40,815 nucleotides of DNA, from UHGV virus genome UHGV-0360510. One strand, 5' to 3'. A program made the translations under genes and the position numbers. Below the pieces are notes generated by a model. That model did not search any database. It saw nothing but the letters and a program-made list of their open reading frames with translations, and was not told where the DNA came from. Of the stretch, positions 31,404 to 40,690 are shown piece after piece; the stretch's first letter is position 1, and each line of letters begins with the position of its first letter. The DNA comes from a virus.

Positions 31404-33718
31404 TATGTACCTCCTACTGCATCTAAGATGGTCTTATTAAGGGCTGCAAATTTGTTGTCGATATAGGTCTTGGTATCAGCGGTATAGGTTGTCTCCATAT
31501 GGCACCCCGCGTCATTGCTCACAACCGTAGTCGGGCTGTACGTCCGAAGGGCCTTGTAGGCGGCGATCTCTTCCGGGGCGAGGCCGCGTTCGATGGGGGT
31601 ATCCAAATAGGTCATTACTTTCATTGGATTTTCTGCGAGGAACGCTTTCCAGTTGGCAAGGCCTTTATCTTCAAGACTTTCATCATAAAAACGATTACTG
31701 ACGGTATATAATATTGAATTACCAACCCCCAGCCATATGGATTCGATAATCTCGGTATTTTCCGAAACAGTAAACATATTGCAAAATCCAGCTCGTCTAC
31801 TGTCAGAGAATGGCAGGATACCATCAATCATATATCCTTTAAATCTGGACGATGAATAGATACGCCAATCCTCACTCCCATCAAATACCTTCTGCCATCT
31901 TCTCTCGATATATTTCTCTCTTTCCAGATCGATCTCGTCGCATACCCACTGCTGGCCGTTGGCATCTGTATAGTTACCACCAGATGTTACCGGGATGCCT
32001 GGGAGACCATTCGGAGTTTGTAAAGTAATTGATTGTAATGTTTTTGGATGTTCGTAAGCGGTGACATTACTCCCTAACTCAAGCTGCAACAACTCTGAAA
32101 CTGTACATTCGTGCAGCGATGTATTGCCATCAGTCCATTTAGCTGCCAAAACACACAACAGTACACCTTGAGACTTAGATGTATAAGACGTTTCAGGTAG
32201 TGCTACAGTACGATAGCCAATTGCATTTTGGTGGTTTTTTGCATCCTCAAAAGTTTTATACTCGGAAATACCAACAGCGGCATTCTTGTTGGGATTGGAA
32301 ACGCTAAATGTGTACCGTTTCCCTGGTTCACAAGGGACTATATAGCCAATACCGTCATTTTCTTTAGATGGCGCATATGGTAATACCATTTCATCATCGT
32401 TATATATAAAGCCAATCCCGCTTGAATATTTAGCGTGGTACAATCTTCCTCTCAAAAGATTCTTACCTTGAATTGCCACCTCGATATTTCCAGTACCTCC
32501 TACAATCTCAATTTCCTGGGGGTTATCTGGGCTTGGGTTCTCGCCTTGCTCTGCTCTGCCAAACACCCGCAGCCCCCGAAGTTCCCGGCCCTCTGCGGCG
32601 TCCTTAATGCTGATGTCTGTACCAGCGGCAGTAATCTTGATCCCCGGTGCAAGGTCTGCCATATCCTCTGCCAGACCAGCTATGTCGGCCTTATTCTGGT
32701 TGATCTGCTCCCGATCGGCCTCAACACCTGCCGCCGCTTCCTGCACTCGCTGTACTTGCTTATCGCCTTCCGCAGTGACCGCCTGTACTGCTGTTGTTTT
32801 GGCTGTCTCTACCGCATTTGACGCACCCTGCCCGGCTGTCTTAATAGCATCTACCTGGGCCTTGCCCGCAGCATTGACATCTGATACTGCCTGCCGGGCT
32901 GTATCAACAAAACCTGCTGCTGTCTGCTCAACTTCTGATTTGTCCGCTGCCACGTCCTCACGCATCTGCTGTACTGCCTGCCGGGCGCTTGCAACCTCCT
33001 GCCGGTCTGCCTCCGTGTCTGCGGCATACTGTCTGGCCCCATCCTCTGCCGCCTCTGCGCCTTCCTGTGCCTTTCCTGCGGCTGTCTCTGATAACTTGGC
33101 CGCCTCTGCCGACAGGGCCGCTTCTGAGGCCGCCTGCTGCACCTGAGAGAGCATACCGGCTACTGCCTGTTTGTCCTGCGCCACGGTATCAGCGTTAATC
33201 TCCGCCTGATCTGCCAGCCCCTGGACGGTTTCCAGATGTTTTCCCGCCTGTGTGGCCGCCTCCCTGGCCTCACCCGCGGAGGATACTGCCTCCTTTCCCG
33301 CGTCCTCTGCCCTCTTGGCGGCCTCATTGACCGCCTCGATGGCCTGACGGAAGATCTCCCCATCTTCTGGAGCCTCAAAAGCCTCTGGCATGGGTCTTGC
33401 CCTGACCTGTATCTTGATCCGCTTGATCGTTTCACCAGATACCTGATCTGCCAGGTACACCCACGCATAGATCTGATAGTCCTTAGAACTTCCGGCTCCT
33501 TCTAACATACTGTCCGGGATCGGGACAGTTGTTATCCCATCCTGCGTTACACCTACACGGGTCACAGCTTCGCCGCCGGTTTCCTGTAGTGCAAAGTGAA
33601 TCTCAACCGCCGCCGGAAGATTTAGGCCCTGGATCCGCAGCTCCTGCCCGTAATCCCACTGCCACACGCCGTAAACCTGGGCGTAATCGTTATTCTCTGT
33701 AAATACTGCTGTAATCAT
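31403..33718 (-). CDS. Large coiled-coil structural protein, putative head fibre/decoration protein. The track start at 33748 is probably wrong; an RBS-supported ATG is at 33718.
   Basis: AGGGAGGTGAAACCG-ATG at 33718. Globular N-terminal domain, a ~250-aa Ala/Glu/Gln-rich coiled coil, then a ~370-aa C-terminal beta-rich domain. Located between the MuF-like gene and the scaffold. Confidence 0.55.
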   Translation of the reverse strand: MITAVFTENNDYAQVYGVWQWDYGQELRIQGLNLPAAVEIHFALQETGGEAVTRVGVTQDGITTVPIPDSMLEGAGSSKDYQIYAWVYLADQVSGETIKRIKIQVRARPMPEAFEAPEDGEIFRQAIEAVNEAAKRAEDAGKEAVSSAGEAREAATQAGKHLETVQGLADQAEINADTVAQDKQAVAGMLSQVQQAASEAALSAEAAKLSETAAGKAQEGAEAAEDGARQYAADTEADRQEVASARQAVQQMREDVAADKSEVEQTAAGFVDTARQAVSDVNAAGKAQVDAIKTAGQGASNAVETAKTTAVQAVTAEGDKQVQRVQEAAAGVEADREQINQNKADIAGLAEDMADLAPGIKITAAGTDISIKDAAEGRELRGLRVFGRAEQGENPSPDNPQEIEIVGGTGNIEVAIQGKNLLRGRLYHAKYSSGIGFIYNDDEMVLPYAPSKENDGIGYIVPCEPGKRYTFSVSNPNKNAAVGISEYKTFEDAKNHQNAIGYRTVALPETSYTSKSQGVLLCVLAAKWTDGNTSLHECTVSELLQLELGSNVTAYEHPKTLQSITLQTPNGLPGIPVTSGGNYTDANGQQWVCDEIDLEREKYIERRWQKVFDGSEDWRIYSSSRFKGYMIDGILPFSDSRRAGFCNMFTVSENTEIIESIWLGVGNSILYTVSNRFYDESLEDKGLANWKAFLAENPMKVMTYLDTPIERGLAPEEIAAYKALRTYSPTTVVSNDAGCHMETTYTADTKTYIDNKFAALNKTILDAVGGT

Positions 33719-33798
33719 CGGTTTCACCTCCCTGTTGCGACGTCGCACAACCTAAAAATGCGTACAAAAAACCACCGGCCATTACTGACTGGTGGTAT

Positions 33799-33927
33799 CT
33801 ACTCTTCTTCCCATTCGGTTAAAGCTTCGCTTTCTTTTTTTAATCGTTCTAATTCTGCATTTCTTTCCTCTTCCGTCATTTCCTCATGGACTATGACATC
33901 CTTACCTCTTATTTCAATTCCCTCCAT
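33799..33927 (-). CDS. Tiny acidic ORF (42 aa) directly downstream of the MuF-JAB gene, not in the ORF track
   Basis: MEGIEIRGKDVIVHEEMTEEERNAELERLKKESEALTEWEEE. AAGGAG lies 12 nt upstream. Its start overlaps the MuF gene end. It is followed by a hairpin + T7 on the minus strand. Confidence 0.25.
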   Translation of the reverse strand: MEGIEIRGKDVIVHEEMTEEERNAELERLKKESEALTEWEEE

Positions 33928-35702
33928 TCGATTCCAAACTCCTTCTCAAATTCTTTCAATGCTGTCAACTGCGCCTCTTCTATGTCATAAGTGTATGGCC
34001 TCGAAACATATTTGTCAACAGTCTTATTAAAATATTCACTGCGGAATGGTTTGTCTCCAGCTTTATACTGAAACACTCTTCCATCATGGGTAACTATCAC
34101 TCCAAAATCATATCCTCTTGCTCCAGCGGAAACAAAATCCCCTCCTGTAGGATATACATTTGTTGGATGGTTATGCATCCCTATAACTCCCTCTGTTCTA
34201 GCATAATTCTGGATTTCCTCAATTTCTTCTTTGGATAATTCTACTCCCAAATTATTCGATCCATTTGTTTTTGAAAAAAGTCTTTTTCCGCTTTTGGCAC
34301 TAATAATATACAGATCTTCTCCATCGCTTCCGTTTCTATGCACAAGCATGGCTCTTGCATATTTCCGCAAAGCGTCATTTACTGCTGAATTTCCAGTAAG
34401 TTGCGTAAATTTACTTCTGAACAAATCGGATTCAATCTTTTTCAGATCAACAATATTGCTACCCTTACGAAGATTTTCAATATTCGCACTTTCTGTTTCA
34501 ATCTGAATAGAAGATTTTTCCCTCTCAGATACATCTTTTCCAATTTTCAGCCGTTCCCGCTGCTGCCTAAGCCCCATTTCCTTTGAAAACTCCACATAGG
34601 TCTTATCCGTCAGCCTCAGCCTGCCCTTAGCCGCTGTAATATCATCCGGGTCAGCCTTAGCCGCCACTAAAAGCTTAATATCCTGTTTCTGCTTTCGGAT
34701 TGTACGCTCCAAGCGTCTCTGATACTGCAAGGCACCATATGTATCATATTCACGCCCTTTAAATAGCCTTTTTTCGTTTTCTTTCCGATTCTGCTCTTCC
34801 AGCCATTCATCTGTATATTTTCTCTGGCTGATTCCTGGAAGAAATGGAAAGCGGATATGGTAGCAGTTAATCCCGGCAAATCCCAGCATTTCACCCAGTC
34901 CACAGACGGTTCTCATCTCCTCAGAAGAATAAACCCTTCCCTGCCAGCTCTGATGATTCAGATACCCGGTTCCTGTGTTTCTGGCCCCCATGTGCCAGTC
35001 CACTTCCCAGTAATCTGTCCCCAGTTCTTTTGCGTTCTTTTCGTTTACTTTGTCCGTCATCTGGGCGATTCCTGTCATAACTGCACGGCGGGCGGCTACT
35101 TCGATCCGATCCGATTTGCCGGATGCATAATCAACCGTTCGTATGCCGCTGGCTGTCATCTCGTCAATAACCTCTCCTACCGCCTGACTGTATGTCCTTG
35201 TGCCTGTGGTAATTCCCAGCATAGCCTTGTCCAAACTGCGCTCCAGATACTCAGAAAGCGGGGTAAACACTTTCCTGCCTCCCATATACACATTAAAACC
35301 TGTGGTTTTTGTAATATTTTCCATAGGCCTTAGGGTGTCCTTGGTCTGTTCCCTGACAGCCTCCGCTACCTGCTGGAGCCACTGATTATCCCCATAAGGC
35401 ACATAGTCCTGTCCGGCAGCCTCGTATATCTCCTTGTTGCGGATGTAATCGGACTGGATTGCCTGATCATAGATCTGGTCGATCTCAAGCCCCGCCGATC
35501 CAACGCCATCCCGGAGCAGGCGCTTAATTTCTTTCCTGCTTTTACCAATAGCATCCATACGGATCAACAGCCAATCAATGACTGGGGTGATCTGAGCCGC
35601 TTCCCGGATCCGCTGTATGATCTCAGACATAACCGATAATTCCAATGCCGTCATGGTACGCTCTAATGGCTTTGGCAACTTCTCCAGTTCCTCAGGTGTC
35701 AT
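33909..35702 (-). CDS. Minor head protein, Mu F / SPP1 gp7 family, with a C-terminal RadC/JAB-like (JAMM) domain
   Basis: MuF-like N-terminal ~400 aa. The C-terminal motif HNHPTNVYPTGGD ... GVIVTHDGRV parallels RadC HNHPSG...PS..D ... LLDH.IIG. Confidence 0.7.
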   Translation of the reverse strand: MTPEELEKLPKPLERTMTALELSVMSEIIQRIREAAQITPVIDWLLIRMDAIGKSRKEIKRLLRDGVGSAGLEIDQIYDQAIQSDYIRNKEIYEAAGQDYVPYGDNQWLQQVAEAVREQTKDTLRPMENITKTTGFNVYMGGRKVFTPLSEYLERSLDKAMLGITTGTRTYSQAVGEVIDEMTASGIRTVDYASGKSDRIEVAARRAVMTGIAQMTDKVNEKNAKELGTDYWEVDWHMGARNTGTGYLNHQSWQGRVYSSEEMRTVCGLGEMLGFAGINCYHIRFPFLPGISQRKYTDEWLEEQNRKENEKRLFKGREYDTYGALQYQRRLERTIRKQKQDIKLLVAAKADPDDITAAKGRLRLTDKTYVEFSKEMGLRQQRERLKIGKDVSEREKSSIQIETESANIENLRKGSNIVDLKKIESDLFRSKFTQLTGNSAVNDALRKYARAMLVHRNGSDGEDLYIISAKSGKRLFSKTNGSNNLGVELSKEEIEEIQNYARTEGVIGMHNHPTNVYPTGGDFVSAGARGYDFGVIVTHDGRVFQYKAGDKPFRSEYFNKTVDKYVSRPYTYDIEEAQLTALKEFEKEFGIEWRELK

Positions 35703-35777
35703 ACGACCATCCTATACGTGCCGTCCGACACGGTAAACTCAAAATGACACTCACTGTAATTGATTTTTTTCATATCC

Positions 35778-37166
35778 TCACTCCTCTGTCAATGCTGGTT
35801 CCGGCAGATTTTTTGCCGCCTCTTCCAGCGTCTCCCCGTACCACTTACTGCGGTACTCAGCCAATGACATTACGCCCATAGCCACATCCTGCCGGTCTGT
35901 CTGCCGCTCCGTTTCCGCATCCACGATGATACTGTCATCCCAAACAAAGGATACCTGATAATCATTTCCCGGAGGGATCAGGCCATACAGCACCGCCCAG
36001 AAGTTCATTGCGTACACCAGATCTTCCAGAGCTCGCTGTAAAGCCATCTGCGTGTCAGATACGAATGTATAGGACCGCTGTTTGCTGACCTTGATCTCTG
36101 TGGCCGTCTTATCCACATTCTGGGGATCTGACAGGGTGCCATATGCCAGATTGCAGGCAAACTCAATCAGCCGCAGCTGGGCATTGAATCCGTTAAACAG
36201 GGCGGTATCTCGAATTCCGGGAGAAAATGTATCAATAAGCGGCTTGTCTGTGGCTCCTGCCTCGTAGTTCAACTCCCGATATAATCGTTTTTTTCCTCCC
36301 GGATATTCAAACTTATCCCTGTCTTTGTTGTATTTCAGCATACTCTCAGCAATATGAACCGCAAGCTGCGTGCCCTCATACTCCCAGCAGATATTTGAGT
36401 ACCTCCGGTCCGCTTCCGCTACCAGCTCGTCTGCTCTGGAATATACCGATACCCCCAACGGGCTGTCTGTGTCCTCCGCATTTGCCATAGGTACCTTGAA
36501 ATACCCAAACAGGAGCCTGTCCGATCCCGCAAGCGATATCTCCGGTACCAATTCAGACCAGCGGTCCACGCTGCTGACCTCGAGCTCTGTTCCCAGGCTG
36601 TAATCGTTGGTAGCCACGAAAGCCCTGTTTGTGATGTGGATTACATCATTCTGCAGCGTATGTACTTCCAGCCGGGTATATATCTTCTTTCCTTTTCGGA
36701 ACTGTTCCGTAAACACGCATTGCATGATCCGGCCCGAATCATCGAACGACAGCGGGAAAAAGCTGTCTGCCTGCACATACTGGATTGCAAGCCCTGTTTT
36801 AGTCATATACGGTTTAAGAATCAGGCCACCCTTTGCGCACCCGTATTCCACATAGCGCCGCAGATCAGCCAGCACCTTTTTCTGGTACTCCTGATTCAGA
36901 TATTCAGCCGCCGCGCCGCCGGTTATCTCCGACTGCATCTCCAATGTCACCAATCTTGCAATCTCTGAGGCGATAGCTGCCGGTATCTGTGCGCTCTTGA
37001 CTGTTTCCCGGTCTACCCAGGGAGCATGATTCTCGTACATGGCTGTCCATAACTCAATCGCAGAGGCCATCTGAGAAGTCAGGCATACATCTATCTGCGT
37101 GTCGGAATTCTGATTCAATATCTCTGTGATCGCTGTCAGCATTTTTGAAAATTTCATCCTCATCAC
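35778..37166 (-). CDS. Portal protein (SPP1 gp6-like)
   Basis: 462 aa directly downstream of terL; portal-like composition and position. Confidence 0.8.
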   Translation of the reverse strand: MMRMKFSKMLTAITEILNQNSDTQIDVCLTSQMASAIELWTAMYENHAPWVDRETVKSAQIPAAIASEIARLVTLEMQSEITGGAAAEYLNQEYQKKVLADLRRYVEYGCAKGGLILKPYMTKTGLAIQYVQADSFFPLSFDDSGRIMQCVFTEQFRKGKKIYTRLEVHTLQNDVIHITNRAFVATNDYSLGTELEVSSVDRWSELVPEISLAGSDRLLFGYFKVPMANAEDTDSPLGVSVYSRADELVAEADRRYSNICWEYEGTQLAVHIAESMLKYNKDRDKFEYPGGKKRLYRELNYEAGATDKPLIDTFSPGIRDTALFNGFNAQLRLIEFACNLAYGTLSDPQNVDKTATEIKVSKQRSYTFVSDTQMALQRALEDLVYAMNFWAVLYGLIPPGNDYQVSFVWDDSIIVDAETERQTDRQDVAMGVMSLAEYRSKWYGETLEEAAKNLPEPALTEE

Positions 37167-37168
37167 CT

Positions 37169-38449
37169 CTATTCATACCGGATAAACCGGCTGATATCCC
37201 GCTCAAATGTGTACTCAAACGCGTCCAGTGTATCTATATCACTGGTACCATCATCCAGCCTCACATCTTCCACAAGACTCTTTTTCTCATCCCACAGTGC
37301 AGTAGTAAGGGCATCCTCCAGCGTCTGGCACTGATCTTTCATGTAAGAAAAGCGGTGCTGGCTGAGCATCCGCTGCGTAAAACGTATCCGGTCATTGATT
37401 GTTGTCTTAAGTGCGTTCTCAATCCGGATCCATCCAAAACCCGACTTCCTGACAGCCGTCCTCAGTCCTGCAATCAGCGTCTGCTCTGCGCTGTCGCAGT
37501 AAACAGCAGTAATGAAGCCGTATAGGTTGATGATCTTCAGACAGAAGTCTACGAACAGATTCCCCAGCTTATCCGGGTCAATGCCTCCGTTTTTGCTCAT
37601 ATGGCGCTCACTGGCAAGGGCGGTAATACTGTGGTAAGCCCTGGAATATGCTGTAGCCACAAATGCGTGGCCGGAGCCGGAACCGCCAAAGTCGACGCCG
37701 ATATTGATCTGCATGATACTCTTAGGCTTTTCATAGATTGCAAAGGGATTAACCCCTCCACTGGATACTGCGTCGCACATCAGCTTATACACAGATCCTT
37801 CTGCCGCAACCCACAGCCCACGGATGTACCGGTCATATAGGACCGTCCCTTTGTACTCCTTACAAAGCTCATCCACAAATACAGGACTTACAAATGGATT
37901 GTCAAAAAGTTCATACTTCTGGCAGTAAATATCAGCGTCTGAATCCAGAAACTGCTTAAACCAGTGCTGCGGGGCATCCGGGTTGCACGCCCCATCAAAA
38001 CAGGAATATGGCTTATCAAGACGGGATTTAAGCATATTAAATACGTCCTGGTTCCAATCCACCACCTCATCACCATAGCAGTATTTCAGTGAAGATCCCC
38101 GGATCTTAGATACCTGACTGACCTTTTCGGCCCCGAGGCAGTAAACATCCTCGCCAAACATCGGGCAAATGTTCTGGGAATTGATATCTCCCACAAGATT
38201 TGTACCCCAGATTCGTTGTAATGGTTCGATGATGTTACGCTGGATCGTGCCCTTAGACACGCCCAGAATTGCCACCAGGCCCTCTTTTCCGGCTCTGGCA
38301 CGGATTCTCTTGGGAATTACATAATAGTCCATATAAGTCTTTCCAGAACGTGTAGCGCCTACCTTGATATTCCAGCGGTGGTTCGCGTTCTGGAAAAACT
38401 CCTGCTGCTTATCGGAAAATGGCATATCACACAACCCCTTTGATCTCAC
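37169..38449 (-). CDS. terL: Terminase large subunit (PBSX family)
   Basis: Walker A GATRSGKT; C-terminal nuclease region; position. Confidence 0.9.
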   Translation of the reverse strand: MRSKGLCDMPFSDKQQEFFQNANHRWNIKVGATRSGKTYMDYYVIPKRIRARAGKEGLVAILGVSKGTIQRNIIEPLQRIWGTNLVGDINSQNICPMFGEDVYCLGAEKVSQVSKIRGSSLKYCYGDEVVDWNQDVFNMLKSRLDKPYSCFDGACNPDAPQHWFKQFLDSDADIYCQKYELFDNPFVSPVFVDELCKEYKGTVLYDRYIRGLWVAAEGSVYKLMCDAVSSGGVNPFAIYEKPKSIMQINIGVDFGGSGSGHAFVATAYSRAYHSITALASERHMSKNGGIDPDKLGNLFVDFCLKIINLYGFITAVYCDSAEQTLIAGLRTAVRKSGFGWIRIENALKTTINDRIRFTQRMLSQHRFSYMKDQCQTLEDALTTALWDEKKSLVEDVRLDDGTSDIDTLDAFEYTFERDISRFIRYE

Positions 38450-38948
38450 TCAGAACCTCATCCAGGCGGCTCAGCTCTGCACCGTTGTCAGTGCCTTTCA
38501 GCTTATCCGTCTGGGCTTTGATCTGAGCGATGCGGGCTCTCTGCTCTTCCTCATCAAGATCAGATGGAGGCTTCTCACCCCATCCAGAGAAGTTATTGCT
38601 CAGACTGAACTTTGCCCCGTTGGATCCGTCGCGGTCAAACAGCCGTTCTTCTGCGTATTGCTCAATACGAGACTTCGCACGCGTTATCGTGTCATTAAAT
38701 TCTTTTTTGCCCTGATAGTTAAGCAGTGCCTGCCTACTTGCGAACCCCAGAGCAAGTGCCAACCCTGTGATGGTTGGAGGCCTCTGATTGACGATAACTG
38801 GGTTCCCCCATTTATTCAAAATCGGATTCCCTTCTGCATCTTTCAATATTTCTCCCTCACAATCCATAAAATACTGCTCAATTAAGCCTTCAATCTGTTC
38901 TTTGCTTTCGTATTTAGGCGGCCTTCCGACCGTCTTTTTTGCTGCCAT
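38427..38948 (-). CDS. terS: Terminase small subunit. The track ORF extends to 39047; the RBS-supported ATG is at 38948.
   Basis: MAAKKTVGRPPKYESKEQIEGLIEQYF is the Terminase_2 N-terminal HTH signature. GCGAGGTGAGCCTG-ATG. Confidence 0.8.
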   Translation of the reverse strand: MAAKKTVGRPPKYESKEQIEGLIEQYFMDCEGEILKDAEGNPILNKWGNPVIVNQRPPTITGLALALGFASRQALLNYQGKKEFNDTITRAKSRIEQYAEERLFDRDGSNGAKFSLSNNFSGWGEKPPSDLDEEEQRARIAQIKAQTDKLKGTDNGAELSRLDEVLSEIKGVV

Positions 38949-39162
38949 CAGGCTCACCTCGCTTTCTTCAATCAAAAAGAGGCAGCCAGAGCCGTCTCGA
39001 TTCGTCGTTTTTGGTAAAAGAAAAGAGATAGCCGGGGCTACCTCCAATCAATATCTTGTATTTATCCACACATTATCCACAATATGTTGACAAAAAAGAG
39101 AGCCCCCGCCAAAGCAGGGACCCATACAAAGGAGAAATTACAAAATGTTGTATCCATCCAAA

Positions 39163-39235
39163 CGGATCCTACAGGAATCGAACCTGTGACATGGTGGTTA
39201 ACAACCACCTGCTCTGCCAGCTGAGCTAAGGATCC
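39163..39235 (-). tRNA. tRNA-Asn (anticodon GUU), phage-encoded; CCA not encoded
   Basis: GGATCCT-TA-GCTCAGCTGGCAGAGC-A-GGTGG-TTGTTAA-CCACC-ATGTC-ACAGG-TTCGATT-CCTGT-AGGATCC-G. Cloverleaf with 7-bp acceptor, anticodon loop TTGTTAA. Confidence 0.85.
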
Positions 39236-39372
39236 AATAAAATGGGGGGCGGCCCAGCTGTTACGCCGGGCCATGTACTCAATGAAGAGGTATTGGTCGA
39301 AAGCCGTCGGCTGTATGCCTTTGGCTTCGGATTTTATTATAAAACGAATTTAACGAATAAAACGAATTATTT

Positions 39373-39789
39373 TTACTTCATTCCAACTTTTTTCAAATAT
39401 GTATCCCGAATCATTATCCTCGGATAGTCTGGGTTATCCCGATACCCCAGTCTTTTTGCAACCTCTTTCCATGGCAGCCCATCCAGATAGAAATATTCAA
39501 ATACTTTCCTGGTAGCCGTATCCTCGATTGCCTCAACCCACTTTCTAATTTCTTCTGCTTCTGCCTCTTTCTGATCCAGAAGCCGGCGCTTTCTTCTATA
39601 TCGTTCACCATCAAAGCCCACCACTGCCTGCGGACGTTCAAAGCCCTTACTATAGTCTTTTATGACGCTGCTCCCCAGCCCTGCATCTGTTGTATTCATT
39701 TCATTCAGTTCCCACCTCAGGATCGCAATTTCCTGCATCAGTCTCTTGTAGCTTTCCAAGCGCTTTATTGTCATTTCCAACGGTATCAC
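39373..39789 (-). CDS. Late-gene transcriptional activator, sigma70 region-4-like (ArpU/RinA/DUF1492-type)
   Basis: C-terminal HTH RKVFEYFYLDGLPWKEVAKRLGY...IRDTYLKKVG. Position immediately upstream of the terminase genes. The start may be TTG/ATG a few codons inside. Confidence 0.6.
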   Translation of the reverse strand: MIPLEMTIKRLESYKRLMQEIAILRWELNEMNTTDAGLGSSVIKDYSKGFERPQAVVGFDGERYRRKRRLLDQKEAEAEEIRKWVEAIEDTATRKVFEYFYLDGLPWKEVAKRLGYRDNPDYPRIMIRDTYLKKVGMK

Positions 39790-39885
39790 CTCCTGTATCT
39801 CTCATCCGGGCATAATGACGTATACGCATAGGCCGGCATCCGGGCTGACCACTCATCCAGCTTAGGCCCCCGGATCGCCTCTGCG

Positions 39886-40032
39886 TCACTGGCCGCTACT
39901 GCCCGCTCTCTCCGCAGCCGGTTCGCCTTCCTCTGGGCCTCCGTTTTTACAATCCCCATTATGTATCCCTTCTTTCTGGCCCCGCAGCAGGGCTATGGCG
40001 TATTCCAGGTATGGATTTTTCTTCTGCCACAT
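39886..40032 (-). CDS. Small hypothetical ORF (48 aa) in the gap between the Lar-like gene and the late activator
   Basis: MWQKKNPYLEYAIALLRGQKEG...; GGATGGGA before the ATG. Weak. Confidence 0.25.
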   Translation of the reverse strand: MWQKKNPYLEYAIALLRGQKEGIHNGDCKNGGPEEGEPAAERAGSSGQ

Positions 40033-40034
40033 GA

Positions 40035-40256
40035 CTATCCCATCCTTTTATTCCACTTTTTAATTGCCTCTTCCGGTGTATTAAAACTGCTCGTCCTCAG
40101 GGCACCCGCCAGAGAGCAATTCCCGTGAAATATGTGATACCCTATGTATTTTGTATCTTTACAATACGTTTTTATTAAGACAGCGTGGCCTCCACAGAAT
40201 GGACATGGCAATATTTTGTTTTCATCTATCTCTGAATATCTTATAAAATCATGCAT
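40035..40256 (-). CDS. Lar-family restriction-alleviation-like zinc-ribbon protein. The track ORF starts at 40325 (GTG); the RBS-supported ATG is at 40256.
   Basis: ILPCPFCGGHAVL...GNCSLAGA...EEAIKKWNKRMG matches the Lar family pattern (CPFCGG ... AWNRR). Confidence 0.5.
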   Translation of the reverse strand: MHDFIRYSEIDENKILPCPFCGGHAVLIKTYCKDTKYIGYHIFHGNCSLAGALRTSSFNTPEEAIKKWNKRMG

Positions 40257-40482
40257 TATTTCTCGCCTCTCAAATGTCAGATTAGTTACTCTGCCATTCA
40301 TACTCTCCAAAATACAACATAGCACATATGACTCGTATCAAAGGTTATTGAGATGATATTTTCACTTGTTATACCTTCCCAATTACTGGCCTTCTCCAGA
40401 ATCGCTGTATTGATATCATTAAGGTTGTTTGTGTACTGCCACATGATCATGATTTCTGCTCCTCCTCTATCTCTTTCAAATG

Positions 40483-40659
40483 TCAGTTTTCTTCATTAAG
40501 CCATTCTCGTATAAAATCCCGGCCAGCATCATGCGTACACGTTCCAAGGCAGCCATTCCCAAAATCAGGACATCTTTCCGCACAATCGAATGGAATTTCA
40601 TGAAATAATTCCGTCAGCTCTTCTTCGCTCATGCTTTTTATGCGATCTATGTTTTTCAT
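40483..40659 (-). CDS. Small Cys-rich hypothetical protein
   Basis: MKNIDRIKSMSEEELTELFHEIPFDCAERCPDFGNGCLGTCTHDAG...; TTGGAGGAGAAG-ATG. Confidence 0.45.
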   Translation of the reverse strand: MKNIDRIKSMSEEELTELFHEIPFDCAERCPDFGNGCLGTCTHDAGRDFIREWLNEEN

Positions 40660-40690
40660 CTTCTCCTCCAAAGGCTAATTTTGTTCTATC

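Noticed and set aside
32607-33198. Plus-strand Ala/Ser/Cys-rich ORFs and minus-strand Arg/Pro-rich ORFs (33160-33468)
   Set aside because: Antisense or alternative frames of the GC-rich coiled-coil region of the head-fibre-like gene. Repetitive codon composition explains the openness.
39062-39274. 70-aa minus-strand ORF
   Set aside because: Coincides with the tRNA-Asn gene; it is a translation of the tRNA sequence.
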